From Octopus sinensis (taxonomy: Eukaryota): DNA of 64,000 nucleotides. The stretch is taken from assembly GCF_006345805.1 (NCBI RefSeq), contig NC_043000.1:126542001-126606000 (forward strand), given 5' to 3'. The position numbers and the translations under genes were made by a program. How positions within the stretch are numbered: the first letter of the stretch is position 1; the number at the start of each line of letters is the position of its first letter. Under the pieces are notes generated by a model, which searched no databases, was not told where the DNA came from, and saw only the letters and a list, made by a program, of their open reading frames with translations. Shown piece by piece: positions 1 to 12,484 of this stretch.

Positions 1-310
1 GCATGTGTCTGGAGGGGAGAAAATCAGGTGTAGTGTTGGTGAATCTCAGGAAGCATGGAAGTTCTGAAGGATGCTGTGCTCCAACAACTAACAACAGATG
101 CTGGCAGTTTGTTCCATACTTCCACAACTCTTAGTGCGAAAAAATATTTCCGAAAGTCATGGTAGCTGTGCTGTTTTCTGACTTTGTAAACATGTCCATA
201 GGTGTTAGACAGGCGGAGTTTGGAAAGGTGCTCAGAGTTATTGTTTGTAAGATGGTTAATAATTTTATGGGTGTCTGCCAAGTCAGCTACCAGACGTCGG
301 AGTGATTTAT
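1..310 (-). mobile_element. CR1-clade LINE 3' fragment
   Basis: NTYGHVYKVRK...FRKYFFALRVVEVWNKLPASVVS matches the CR1/L2 TRGHxxK...FFxxRVxxxWNxLP terminus. Confidence 0.85.
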
Positions 311-1241
311 GCCAAAAATCACTGATGCTCTCAAAAGATTGTACTGAAGTACTTCTACAAACTATTGTAAATTTCCCTAAGATGTTTATATCAAAACTGT
401 ATCTGAATCAAGATATAAATGCAAACTTCACCTGTCACTCGTTGCTATGCATGTGAAAGATAAGCTGAAGAATTTTAGAAAGTTTAGTTACTTTTGTGCT
501 GAGATTTTCATAAAGCAAAACAAAAGTCTGTGAATTTTAACATGTTAATTGCCTCATGTAGCACCAGTGGTTCATTGCAAACTTCACACAACTGCCATAT
601 GCACCACATGTAGTTGGTAAATTTTCATGATTTGAGAAAATATTTTATTCTGTATCCACGGTGATATGGTTTTGAGGATATTTAAATAATACAAGTGCTA
701 AATATTAAAGTTTAATTGTGAAATATTGTAAAAATGTGAAAAAAAAGAAAAAACAATATATTTCCTTGTAATTAAATAGTACGCAGTATAACCAGAAACA
801 TGTGGCACCACTGGTCATTTCAAGTAACAGGCTATGACAGTTAACATGTTAAATATTGTCCTTAATTGTTTTGTAGCTCTTAAAAAATGGCTCCATGTTT
901 TGTACATGGCTACATTGTTAGTCTTCATCTAAGTGTTCTAGCCATGACCATTCCATCTTATTTTCCAGACAGTGTATCAAAGACTATATTGTCCAATGTA
1001 TTATTATTACTATTATTATCAGAAAGTTGTGACATGATGAAAATTTGGCTGTATAGTTTTCTGGCAACTACCTCAAACATTTTATCTTACTCTGATTTTT
1101 TTGTTCAACAAATATTTATTTTTTTGTGTGTGTGTGTGTGTGTGGGGGGGATAAATCTTTTTAGAAGCAAAATATTAAATAACTATAAAAATTTAAGTAT
1201 AACTAATTACTTATATGTTTTGTTCTACTTTGTATTTATAG

Positions 1242-1374
1242 AAAGAATCAACTTGCAAAACAGCACCAGGGGCTTATTTCCAGACCCGTAGTAATACTTT
1301 AATTGTGGAACTTAACAAACTAACAAGTTCAAATACTGTTTACCGATTCTCTATATTAACAGCTACAAATCATG
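1242..1374 (+). CDS. Internal exon of an unnamed convergent gene: KESTCKTAPGAYFQTRSNTLIVELNKLTSSNTVYRFSILTATNH(G); CUB-like C-terminal half
   Basis: Pyrimidine-rich tract ending tatag, 133-nt stop-free frame, ATG|GTAAGT donor at 1375; CUB resemblance is by eye only. Confidence 0.68.
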
Positions 1375-1937
1375 GTAAGTCTGATATTTTCCCTTTTATG
1401 TTAGGCATATGGTTTATTGGTTGAGGGTGTTACACTCAAAAACATAAGATCATAATTTCGATTCCAAGATCAGTCTATGTTTTGTATTCTTGAGCAAAAC
1501 ACTTCATTTCATGTTGCACCAGTCCACTCACCACGCAAAATGAATTCCAGCAATAACTGGGAAGTTAATCCTGTGACAGACTAATGTCCCATTCAATGGC
1601 GGAGGGGGAGTGTTGTGAACGCAGTCACTTATTTACAATGGAAACCAGGCTTGTCTCTAGTTTTATAAGTCCTAGAGCTCTTGGATAAAAAAGGTCTATA
1701 CCATTTTAGTTTATGATGTCAAAGTCTGCATATGTTACATGACAAGTGGCACACTGGATTTTAAATAAATTGTGTACAGGGGTATGGTTTGCATGAAAAC
1801 ATTGGTTGCTGGAACTTAGCATTATTGTGTAACTATTGACTGATTTAAGCTTTTTGAAACAATTTGGTAAGTCATCATCATCACTTATTGTTAGTTTTCC
1901 ATGCTGGCATGGGTTGGATGTAATCTTCAAATTTTAA

Positions 1938-2155
1938 CCCATTCGTTACCAACCCAGCTAAAACCGGCTCTGGCTCTGTAGTACAAATGTCTTGTTTTCA
2001 TAAGTTTTGAATTAAAATCTTCCACCAAACCTTAGTCACAATTTATGTTCCTAACACTAACTGAATGATAACTAAGTTATTTTACTAAATTCTTTATATT
2101 TAAAGTAATTGAAAGAAACACAGAGCATCTCAAAATATATACAATAACGAAAAGG
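1938..2155. mobile_element. piggyBac-type MITE (family P1)
   Basis: TTAA|CCCATTCGTTAC...TAACGAAAAGG|TTAA; inverted copy at 15719-15930. Confidence 0.8.
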
Positions 2156-2964
2156 TTAATTTTGATAAAATGGCCATTGGAAGTGCAAAAGATACTTTGT
2201 TTAACAGTCTGTAGGCTGTCTTGGAGGTCAGCTGAAACTGGGTTTTCCTATCGCATAAGAAAAGGGTTCCATACTAGATGAAATCTTCTTTTCAATTCTG
2301 CTCAATGATCAATGCTCTTACAGTTGCTAGTTTTATCTGCAACCCTTCCTTCTACACACATGCAACATAACTATCCAAACTATTCTCACCACTACAAAAA
2401 CATACGAGTGTCTCAATTCATCAACTTCTGTTTCATTGACGTCCAGAATGGTCCATTTCATCTTTCTTTCTTTGTAGTTTATTCTGTCACAAGGCTATTC
2501 TGCAACGTTGCCTTTATTGATCTTTATAAAAGATAACTAATCTTTTTAAATAACAAATCAAAAAAGTATACATCACCTCACATAATATTGGCTTCAAATT
2601 TTGGCACAAGGCCAGCAAGTTTAGAGAGGGAGTGAGTCAATCACATTGACCACAGTGTTCAACTGGTATTTATTTGACTGACCCTGAAAGGATGAAAGGC
2701 AAAGTCAACTGTGGCAGAATTTAAACTCAGAACTTGAAGATGGATGAAATGCCTGGTGGCATTTCATCTACCAGCTTGCTGCATTCACTACCTCACATAA
2801 TATTAACCATGCTACTTTGTTTTATCAATATATAAAATATTTCATATTTAGTTTTTCTTTAAACAAATAATACTTTTAATTACAGTTTATAAATTTTACA
2901 CTCCTACCTCTTCAGCTATTGTTAGATATCTATCTATATCATCTTTGTCATTTTGCATTCATTT

Positions 2965-3600
2965 GTCCATGCTGGACAAGATGAGGTGCTGCACCAGACT
3001 CCAGTCTGATTTGGCATGGCTTCTACAGCTGGATGCCCTTCCTAATGCCAACCACCCCAAGAGTGTAATAGGTGCTTTTACGTGCCACTGGTATGGGTGC
3101 CAGCTACGTGACACCAGTATCTGCCACAGCTATGATTTCACTTGGCTTGATGGCTCTTCCTTCTCAAGCACAGCATATTGCCAAAGGTCTCTGTCGTTTC
3201 TCATTGCCTCCATGAGGCCCAATGCTCAAAAGGTGCTTTTTACATGCCACCAACAACAGCCACAACTATGATCTGTCTTGTCTTGATGGGTCATCTCAAA
3301 CATGGCATATCGCCAAAGGTCTCAGTCACTAGTCATTGTCTCTGTGGGGCCCAACATTCAAAGATCATACTTCATCACCTCATCCCATGTCTTCCTGGGT
3401 CTCCCTCTTCCACAGCTTCCTTTCATTGGTAGAAATCGGCACTTCTTCAAACTGCTGTCCACATCCATACACATCACATAACCATACCAATGCAGCCGTC
3501 TCTCTTGCGCACCACATCTGATGCCTCTTATGCCCAGCTTTTCTCTCAAGACATTTACACTCTGTTATGTATGCACACTGACAATGCACATCCAGCAAAG
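2965..3600 (-). mobile_element. RTE LINE family D 3' fragment (RT C-terminus plus 3'UTR; ORF end duplicated)
   Basis: ORFs give REKLGIRGIRCGAQERRLHWYGYV...GRGRPRKTWDEV; continues into the GGCACGTAAAAGCACC...GGAAGGGCATCCAGC 3'UTR. Confidence 0.85.
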
Positions 3601-3607
3601 GACGCTA

Positions 3608-4002
3608 GCTTATATATATATATATGAAGCTGAAGTTGTCTGTGTATGGCAGGTTTGGTAGCCTTCAACTAACACTATCTCTTCCGAGACCCTGCGGCGC
3701 AAGTTGACCAAAATTAAGAGTATGATAGAAGGCTTGCACTTCTTTCCGTAGAAGAAAAAATTCAAATCGGACCATGTTAACACCAAAAATTATTTACGTC
3801 AAAAAGGTGCTTTTTTTCTATGAAAATCCCTATTTTTTACGATTTTTTTACTGCTGTGTTGCCATTTTACGGTGTATTTCAACCAGAAAAATGTTCACTT
3901 AAAGAGAATAACAAGCTACATAATGCAAAATTTTTACTTTTAAAAAAATTCCAATTCTAAAGGGTCGAAACAAACCCAAGCAACGCCGAGCGATACTGCT
4001 AG
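3608..4002 (+). mobile_element. Non-autonomous Helitron (same 3' end as 23022-23400, different interior)
   Basis: AAACCCAAGCAACGCCGAGCGATACTGCTAG|T; 5' end in a TA run followed by gaagctgaagttg. Confidence 0.7.
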
Positions 4003-4058
4003 TATATATATATCACTATGTAAAAAGTCTTATATTGTTTTTATTTTTTTTAATTCAG

Positions 4059-4156
4059 GTCCAAAGATTCACAGATTAAGTGGTAGTCCAAGCTTGAAGA
4101 CTTACTCCATATCAAGGATATTTATTCTAATACTAGTTTGCGTCAGCCTACACTGA
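4059..4156 (+). CDS. Terminal exon of the convergent gene: (G)PKIHRLSGSPSLKTYSISRIFILILVCVSLH*; GPI-anchor-signal-like
   Basis: ttttttttaattcag acceptor; phase 1 matches exon 1242-1374; SGS small-residue site, polar spacer, hydrophobic tail, TGA 4154-4156; AATAAA at 4344 and 4404. Confidence 0.66.
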
Positions 4157-5399
4157 CAAATTCACAAAAAAAAGGAAATAAATATTAAATTAAATATTCT
4201 TCTTCTTCGAAATTTCAGACATCCATAAATTATTTATGAAATTACTGATTAACTTCTGAAATTATCGCTTCATTTTCTGCATGAGAGGGTTAAATGCTGG
4301 ATGATTTAAATTCATGAAAAATACCATGTTTGCCATGCAGGAAAATAAAAAAAAGAATGAAGTTCACACTTGAAATTTAATGCTGAAATTATCGTATTCC
4401 AGCAATAAATATTTACTCACTAATATGACGCCACAATTTTAGAGGAACGGACTTAGACATTCATTTTTTCTAAAAATGTGAGACTAAATAACTACAGCTC
4501 ATTGCCATTATGGTGACACCCATTGCTTACATTAACTTTTAAGTGACTATTCAATGTTTAGATGCTTTGATATGAAGTTAAGACGCTGAACTACAAGCCA
4601 TAGTTCAAATCTTGTGCCCCTTAGTAAAGCACACTGGTGCATGGCTAAACAAAGAACAAGCTCCACTATTTTCTTCACAGGTGAATAATAGCAGTAAGAA
4701 GAATATCTTGGCTCTAGACATAAGTCTACAGTAAATATAACAACTTAACCAATGCAAGCATAGAAAAATGATATAAAGACGTACGAAGTAAATAAAATAA
4801 AATAAAAACTTCTGCATGACTAACAGTTACTGTAGAAATCAAATAATTCAGCAATATATATGATTGATCTCTTGCTGTATTTAATACATCTAAATAATAT
4901 ACAAATATTTATATTATTTTTCTTTTTAGTCTGTATAAACTTATTGTATTGAAACCAAATTAAAACAACTCCATAAAGCTTTTTTTTTCAATTTTACAGG
5001 TATATTTGTTATTATTATTATATTGCATTTCATTATTACCATTATTGTCATAAAAAATCTCTACAGCTTAACCTGACATCTTGGGAAAGTCATTGCCTAG
5101 ATCGATCTGCATGGCGTAAGATGTGTCATGATGCATCCAAACAATTTGAGTTGAAGAAAAAGAACAATAGGAGAACTATAAGCTACAATCAACAGACACC
5201 TTTACCAAATCCCAGGCAAAATCAAAATCATCAATTTCCCAATTGCAACTTCATAGCAAAAACCCATCCTTGAACTGAAATTACATTCACACATCCATTG
5301 CAAATGGATGCTGCTTCTTAGATTTTTTTTTTGTTCTTTGTTTCCATTACACTCTTTAAGTCCTCTCCTCCAAATAGGAGTGACCATCATTATTATTAT

Positions 5400-7530
5400 T
5401 ATTGAGCTGGCAGAATTGTTAGCACACTGGACAAAATGCTTAGTGATATTTCATCTGTCTTTATGTTCTGAATTCAAATGCCGCCAAGGTTGACTTTGCT
5501 TTTCATCCTTTTGGGGTCAATAAAATAAGTACCTGTCAAGTACTGAGGTCAATGTAATCTACTATCCTTGCTTCCCCAAAATATCAGGCGTTGTGCCTAT
5601 AGTAAAAAAGATTATTATTAACCCCTTGATGCCGGTATTACCTGAAGCATGCGAGACACTGCTCTGGTTTTTTTTTTTATCTAATGAGACCACACAAACA
5701 CACAAGTGCCAACGAGCTCGCGTCTATTTACGTTCACCGTTACAATAACATAGCGTCGTACATTTACATCTACCGGTTTATGAAAACGAACTATGTGAAG
5801 CTATTTATCATAATATGATATGCAAGAGTTATTTTGCTCAAGTTCAAAAAGTAGCTTGCGTGTGGTACAACTCAAAACATGGTATTATGCATGTAAAGTA
5901 TCTGCATGTCATTGGTCTACTGCTAGTCTCATGACTTGAACGTAACCTAAAATAGCTAAGATAATGCACGGGACAGTGAGTGCGCGCACCTCAAGAGACA
6001 AAGTACACAACAGCGAACATAAACAGTCAGCCGCTAAAAAGTCCGTGATAGATGCAGGCCAGCTCTACATCGTATATTTACGTTAACCGCGGGTAGGCAA
6101 GCAAAAGTGTGATCGCATATTTGCGTCAACTGTTGTGACGCAAACTGTTAAGGCAGTGAGCTAGCAGAATTGTTAGTGTCACACAAAATACTTAGTGACT
6201 TTTTTCTGGTTTTACACAGAGTTTAAATATTGCTGAGGTTGACTTTGCCTTTCAACCTTTCATGGTCAATAAAATAAGTACCAGTCAAATACTGGGGTTG
6301 CTGTACCATATTTTCCGGCATACAAGTGAACATAGCATATATAGTATAAACATATAGTGTTAATATTCACACACTGTTACTATCTTTCCAAATCCTTTTG
6401 CATTTCATGTAGAATTTTTGATTCTCCAAAGTTGTTTTGATGTACAAAAATACAGTAATTTCCTCACTCAGAGACAGAGTTCAACAGCACCCAAAGCACA
6501 AGTGTTTAGCTCTAAATATTATTATTATTAGCATGCCAGACAAAATACTTAGCATATTTTATCCATCTTTATGTTTTGAGTTCAAATTCCACTGAGGCTG
6601 ACTTTGCCTTTCGTCTTTTTGGAGCTGATAAAATAAAATACCAGTTGATTACTAGAGTCCATATAATCATCTAGCTTCCTCCTCTAAAATTGCTGGCCCT
6701 ATGCCAAAATTTGAAACCGTTATTATTATCATTATTATTATTGAGTGAGAGAGCAGTGCATGCCATCAAAGTTGACACTGGGGTAAAATATATGAAGCCT
6801 AGTATACCCATCATGACTACACGTCTGATAAGGGTACACCAGGAACATGTATCACAACCAAATGTGCGTGATATGATGATCTCATATCAAGATAAACAGC
6901 ACATGACCTTGCAGGTGGGGCCCAGTTAGAATATTCTTCTGGTCGAGTAACCCATCCCGCTCAAAAGGTCCCTGAATAAGGGTTGTTTAAGGATGTTGAA
7001 CGAAACTCCCATGTTTCCAGAGGTAAATTATTCAAACCCTGAAGAATCCCTCTCAATACATGGCTATGATGCTCCCCCACTACTTCTGCATGTGATCAGA
7101 GATGCACATATCGTCAGCCACTAAGGGACATGCTCAACTGGTTAAGGTCAAACAACTGACAAGCAAATCTGTAGTATTGAGCAGAATATTTGCTGTAGCC
7201 CATCTTTTATACTAAGACATAACAATGTACATGATAACACTTCCAATCAGTTAAGATCAGAAGCCATGAGAGCCACTGCCTGGTAATGCATCAGGGGTGC
7301 TACTGCTACTACTATTATTATTATTAAGGTAGCGAGCTGGCAGAATTGTTAGCACACTTAGCAGTATTTTATCCATCTTTATGTTCTGACTTCAGATTCT
7401 ACTGAGGCTGACCTTGCTTTTCCTCTTTTCAGGGTTGATAAGTACCAGCTGAGCACTGGGGTTGATGTCATCAACTATTCTCTTATCCCAACATTTCAGG
7501 TCTTGTGCCTACTGTAGAAAGGATCATTAT
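5400..7530 (+). mobile_element. Region with four degenerate SINE family B copies (about 5400-5615, 6150-6300, 6530-6720, 7325-7530)
   Basis: Core motif gactttgc(c/t)tttcatc recurs in each. Confidence 0.65.
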
Positions 7531-7544
7531 TATATATATATCAT

Positions 7545-7960
7545 CATCATAATCATCGTTTAACGTCCGATTTCCATGCTAGCATGGGTTGGATGGTTCG
7601 ACCGGGGTCTGGGAAGCCAAGAGGTTGTACCAGGCTCCAGTCTGATCTGGCAGTGTTTCTACAGCTAGATGTCCTTCCTAGCGCCAACCACTCCGTGAGT
7701 GTAGTGGGTGCTTTTTATGTGTCACCGGCACAGATGCCAGGGGAGGCTGGCAACGGCCACGACTGGTTGGTGCCTTTTACGTGCCACCGGCATGGAAACC
7801 TGTCAAGGTGGCGCTGGCATCGGTCATGTTCGGATGGTGCTTTTTACGTGCCACTGGCACAGGTATCACAACTACAATTTCCATTTGACTTTTTGATGTT
7901 GATGTACTTGACTCAATAGGTCTCCTCAAGCACAGCAGGTTGCCCTACAATCCAAGGTAA
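7545..7960 (-). mobile_element. RTE family D 3'UTR with 3 internal repeat units and (GAT)n tail
   Basis: catcatc gtttaacgtcc...ctggatgcccttcc motif; near-identical structure at 11615-11985. Confidence 0.85.
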
Positions 7961-7978
7961 GCACAGCAGGCCATCCTG

Positions 7979-8017
<39 letters not shown>

Positions 8018-8104
8018 TTTTTACTTGAGTGGCTGCAATTCTCAAACAGATTTAGAAATTTTTAATTTTATATAAAATTATACAAGAAATCAAAATGAAT
8101 AAAT

Positions 8105-8110
8105 TTTATT
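8105..8110 (-). terminator. Candidate AATAAA polyadenylation signal for TMTC4
   Basis: AATAAA on minus strand about 160 nt after the stop codon; the motif is common in AT-rich DNA. Confidence 0.45.
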
Positions 8111-8271
8111 TGTAAACTCTGGACATTCACATATGCTATAACAAGTGAAATAATATATGTCTTGTAAAAATATAAGTTCTATCAGATTTTGGATGTGAGA
8201 TGCAATGATACAGAAATGAACCACCTCAAGAGACAATGTTAAGATAATTGGGTTTTTTTTCCTGAATTTAG

Positions 8272-8408
8272 CTAGCTGCCTTGCTTCAATTTCTTTTGCA
8301 CGGTCTGTAAATATTCCTGGGCATTTTTTAGTGATGGATTTAGAAGAAGTGTTTTTTCATATGCTGCCTCAGCTTTCTCATATTTTCCCCATCGGTGGTA
8401 AAGTATAC
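8272..8408 (-). CDS. TMTC4: TMTC4 terminal coding exon: (G)ILYHRWGKYEKAEAAYEKTLLLNPSLKNAQEYLQTVQKKLKQGS*
   Basis: ttgcag acceptor, TAG at 8274-8272; human VLYHRWGHLDLAKKHYE. Confidence 0.94.
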
Positions 8409-8564
8409 CTGCAATCAGTAAAAAACAAAATAAAATAATGATTAATTTTAATATGCTGATTGTATACAATACTGAGAAACAGTCAATATAAGTTCGTTGT
8501 TATTTTCTGATTAAATATGTAAGAAAGGAATGCAAGTAATAAACAAATAATTAATTTTAATGTG

Positions 8565-8810
8565 CCCTTTTAAAGCCTAGCCAGGCTCATGGGCCCGGTT
8601 TCCTGGTTTCAATGGCGTATGTGTTCCCCACCTGGATGGGACGCCAGTCCATTGCAGCGTTACTCATTTTTGCCAGCTGAGTGGACTGGAGCAATGTGAA
8701 ATGAAGTGTTTTGCTCAAGAACACAATGCGTCACCTGATCCAGAAATTGAAACCACAATCTTACGATCATGATGCTGACACCCTAACCACTTGAGCCACA
8801 TGCCTCCACA
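8565..8810 (-). mobile_element. SINE family C (tRNA-like head, TGTGTTCTTGAGCAAAACACTT CORE/V-like domain)
   Basis: Same repeat at 1405-1690(+), 29400-29665(-), 42370-42700(+), 48275-48590(-), 49170-49420(-), 49450-49685(-). Confidence 0.8.
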
Positions 8811-8874
8811 ATAAACAAATAACATTCGTTAGTTTTAAACTTCAAGAATATTTGCCTTATTTGTTTCACAAAGG

Positions 8875-9275
8875 CGATGGCAATGACGAGTGACTGAGAC
8901 CTTTGGAGATATGCTGTGCTTGAGAAGACCCAGCAAGCCAAGTGAGACCATAACCATGTCCTATGCCAGTACAGCATAACTTCAACCATTGGGCAACAAA
9001 CTGCGCTTGTGAAGATCTGTTGAGTCAAGTGAAGTTATGGTCATGGCCGATGCCAGTGCCAGCTGACTGGTTCCTGTGCCAGTGGCACGTAAAAAGCACC
9101 CACTACACTCTCAGAGTGGCTGGCATTAGGAAGGGCATCCAACTGTAGAAACCTTGCCAGATCAGATTGGTGCCTGGTACAGCCTTTGGACTTGCCAGTC
9201 CTCTGCCAAACCGTCCAACCCATGCCAGCATGGAAAGCAGACATTAAACAATAACGATGATGATGATGATGATGA
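8875..9275 (+). mobile_element. RTE family D 3' end
   Basis: ORF end gacctttggagatatgctgtgcttgagaagac plus 3'UTR plus (GAT)n. Confidence 0.85.
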
Positions 9276-10601
9276 AGAACCAGTTTGAGATGGATTCTAG
9301 TTTTATTACCCAAAATGGTTAGTCAATAAAAAGATTTTGATATACCCGCTAAATTACATTTTCATTTGTATCATACTTCATGTATGTACACTGTCAATAG
9401 GCCAGTTACTGCAGTAATAACATCTCTTATAGATTTGCTGTGTTGAAAACAATAAATATCAGAGAGAGAGATGAAAATTCATGCCAGCAACAGTTAGCCA
9501 GAGCACCAAGGGTTGAAATGCATCAGGTGCTTTTGCTGGCCACAGTTACAATGAACTCTCTCTAATACTTGTGTTTTTAAAACAGCAAATCCATTAGAAA
9601 TATCATCAGAAGACAAATACTCCCTCAATTGAGTATACTGGATACTTTTCCATGATTTTAAAAATCTGTTTTAATGTTTCATTCATCTGCCATCGTACGT
9701 TTTGTCAGATGAATTCATCAAATGTCAAATAATTCTTTTTTATTTCTATGTGTCAGAATTAGCTATACACAACATATTATGGTCGGTGACACAAAACAAA
9801 CACTGCTATAAAACAAGAAATCTTGCAGAGAGCTCGAAAATAAAAGAATAATAAAATCTAGTAAAGTCACTACAACATTAGAACAGACAATACTATCCAC
9901 ATAATTATATATCATTATCATCCATTTTAATGTCAACTTTACCCTGCTTGCTTGGGTTAGACAAGAATATGCAGGGGTAGAGTTTTCTACAAATAGATGA
10001 CCTTCCTGTCATCAACAATCCCATTTGTTTGCAAAGAGATAATAATCTTCCAGTCTATCAAACAATAAAAGGTCCAGATATGTTTATGTTGAGAATTGGA
10101 AACAAATGACACAAGATGAATGAATCTTTTGTTTATACTGTGTAACATGCCAAAAAGGCCTAGATGTGCTTTTGTGGTGGATTGCAAAACAAATGGCAGT
10201 GCTTGTGAAGCCATTGTTAGCAACCAGCCCCCCTAAAAAAGCATGTAGGTGAGGAAATATGAACTCAATCACACAAACACACACAAAATTTCATATTTCA
10301 TACTTAAAAAAAAACAAGTATGTGTGTATATGCATATATATGTACATATGTGAATGCATATGCATAAATGTAAATGTATGTTTGTGTATGTGTGTGTATA
10401 TATATGTGTGTGTGTGTTTTATAATAATTACTGGTATCCTTATATATTACTATATTTTATATCTTATATGTAAAGCATAATATGTTATACATGTATGTAT
10501 ATTATTGTAATTATCAGTTTAGTAAATAAATAAATAAGTTAACATTATATAATGTCTAAAAGTTGATGAACCACCTATTGATCTCCTCCATTTTCTTATT
10601 G

Positions 10602-10640
<39 letters not shown>

Positions 10641-10709
10641 AATATCTATGGAATACTCAGCCACTTCAAGTCATTCTGCCTACATTTTGTTAGTCTGTAG
10701 AAGGTCTAT

Positions 10710-11100
10710 GCTGAGATACCATGTTCTGAGATATAGTGTACAAGTGCTGTTTGCAGTGTGAGAGTTGACAATGGATTTAGTGAAGAATTTGAAGTACAGC
10801 TTGGTGTACCTCTGAGCTTAGTTCTAAGCTCTCTTCTGCTTATTATGATCCTCAAGACTGTAACAGAGGAATCTGGGAGTTGTTGTCTGTGGAAGTTCCT
10901 GCAGTTTAATGATCTAGTTCTCATGACTGAACAGATCAATTATTTGGAGAAAAAGTTCTGAATTAGGAAAGAAAGCTTTGAATCAAGAGGCCGAACAAGG
11001 ATAAAGATTTTAGTTAGAAGGAAGTGGGATTGGAGCTTGTTGCCTTTGGGAAAAAGGCCATGCATGATATTAAGGAAGTGGGGTATTTGAGTTCCATATG
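10710..11100 (+). mobile_element. Degenerate RTE reverse-transcriptase core fragment
   Basis: VRVDNGFSEEFEVQLGV...VLSSLL...LWKFLQFNDLVL is a decayed QGSVLSP / YADD region. Confidence 0.75.
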
Positions 11101-11209
11101 GTGTGTTCATTATAAACCATATATATATATGTCCTGTACTCATGTATAATTATTTATATATGCATGTATATATACATGTAGATGTAGGTACGTACATATA
11201 TGTCTGTAT

Positions 11210-11546
11210 CATCATCATCATCATCATCATCATCGTTTAACGTCCGTTCTCCATGCTAGCATGGGTTGGACGGTTCGACTGGGGATCTGGTAAGCCAGAA
11301 GGCTGCACCAGGCTCCAGTCTTATCTGGCAGTGTTTCTACAGCTGGATGCCCTTCCTAACGCCAATAGTATGTATGCATATATTTTTATTTATCACATAT
11401 ATATATATATATATATTATATGTAGAAAAATACAAACTGGGACAAGAACGTAAAACATTTAGAAGACGATACAAAAAACACGGACGGGACATTCGAAGCC
11501 TTCAATCTTCAGTCAAGAGCCGGATCATCCTAGCAATTTCGGCTGA

Positions 11547-11613
<67 letters not shown>

Positions 11614-11985
11614 ATCATCATCGTTTAATGTCTGTTTTCCATGCTAGCATGGGTTGGACAGTTCGACCGGGATCTGGGAAGTCAGAGGCTGCACCAGGCA
11701 CCAGTCTGATCTGGCAGTGTTTCTACAGCTGGATGTCCTTCCTAACACCAACCACTCCATGAGTGTAGTGGGTGCCTTTTACGTGCCAGGAGAGGCTGGC
11801 AACAGCCACGATCGGTTGATGCTTTTTACGTGCCACCAGCACGGAAGCCAGTCAAGGCGGCACTGGTATCGGCCATGTTTGGATGGTGCTCTTTACGTGC
11901 CACGGGCACAGGTATCACAACTACAATTTCCATCTGATTTTTTATTTTGATGTTAATGTACTTGACTCAATAGGTCTCATATATA
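11210..11985 (-). mobile_element. Two RTE family D 3' ends separated by (TA)n and an unrelated 130-bp insert
   Basis: Tails at 11210-11365 and 11615-11985. Confidence 0.8.
11552..11612. repeat. (TA)n microsatellite, one of many (also about 7980, 10605, 34735, 38845, 53890, 56470)
   Basis: Direct. Confidence 0.95.
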
Positions 11986-12279
11986 TATATATATACATAT
12001 ATAAAAAAGATGTGTTGTATAAAACAGGTAGGCTGAGAGGGAGAGTGACCTTCATGTGTGACAGATGCACCAGGTGTTGGTTGTGAGCGTGCAAATGATA
12101 AAGTATTTTGAGGCCTTCTTAGAAGTGGTTGAAGGCTTCTATACCTTTGTAACCTGTTTGGTAATGGAGGAAGCTGTTCTGAAGGAATAGTTGCTGAAGT
12201 AGGAATAGAGTGGGAAAGTTCAGGGAGTTACTGTCTCTATTAGTAACAATATTCCCAGACTGAAGTCTCAGATTGAGTG

Positions 12280-12480
12280 ATACTTGCGGACAGAGCATGG
12301 TGCTTTATAGTTATGAGACATGCACTTTGAAACCAGAGGATTTGTGAAGGTTTAGAGAGGTGAGGCAAGCATGGTCTGATAGATGTGTAATGTTGGTGTG
12401 CATGAGTAACACAGTGCAGATGAGCTGAACAAGAGGAGCTAGATATGGAAAGAAGTGAATGTGGTGTGCAAGAGAGAGGA
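12280..12480 (+). mobile_element. Degenerate RTE RT C-terminal fragment
   Basis: SMVLYSYETCTLKPEDL...EASMV like RTE MLHGSETW...EASML; frameshifted. Confidence 0.55.
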
Positions 12481-12484
12481 TTCA

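Noticed and set aside
541-848. Possible TTAA-flanked MITE with CATGTTAA ends
   Set aside because: The inverted match is about 13 bp, built on a self-palindrome, and no second copy was found. Too weak to call.
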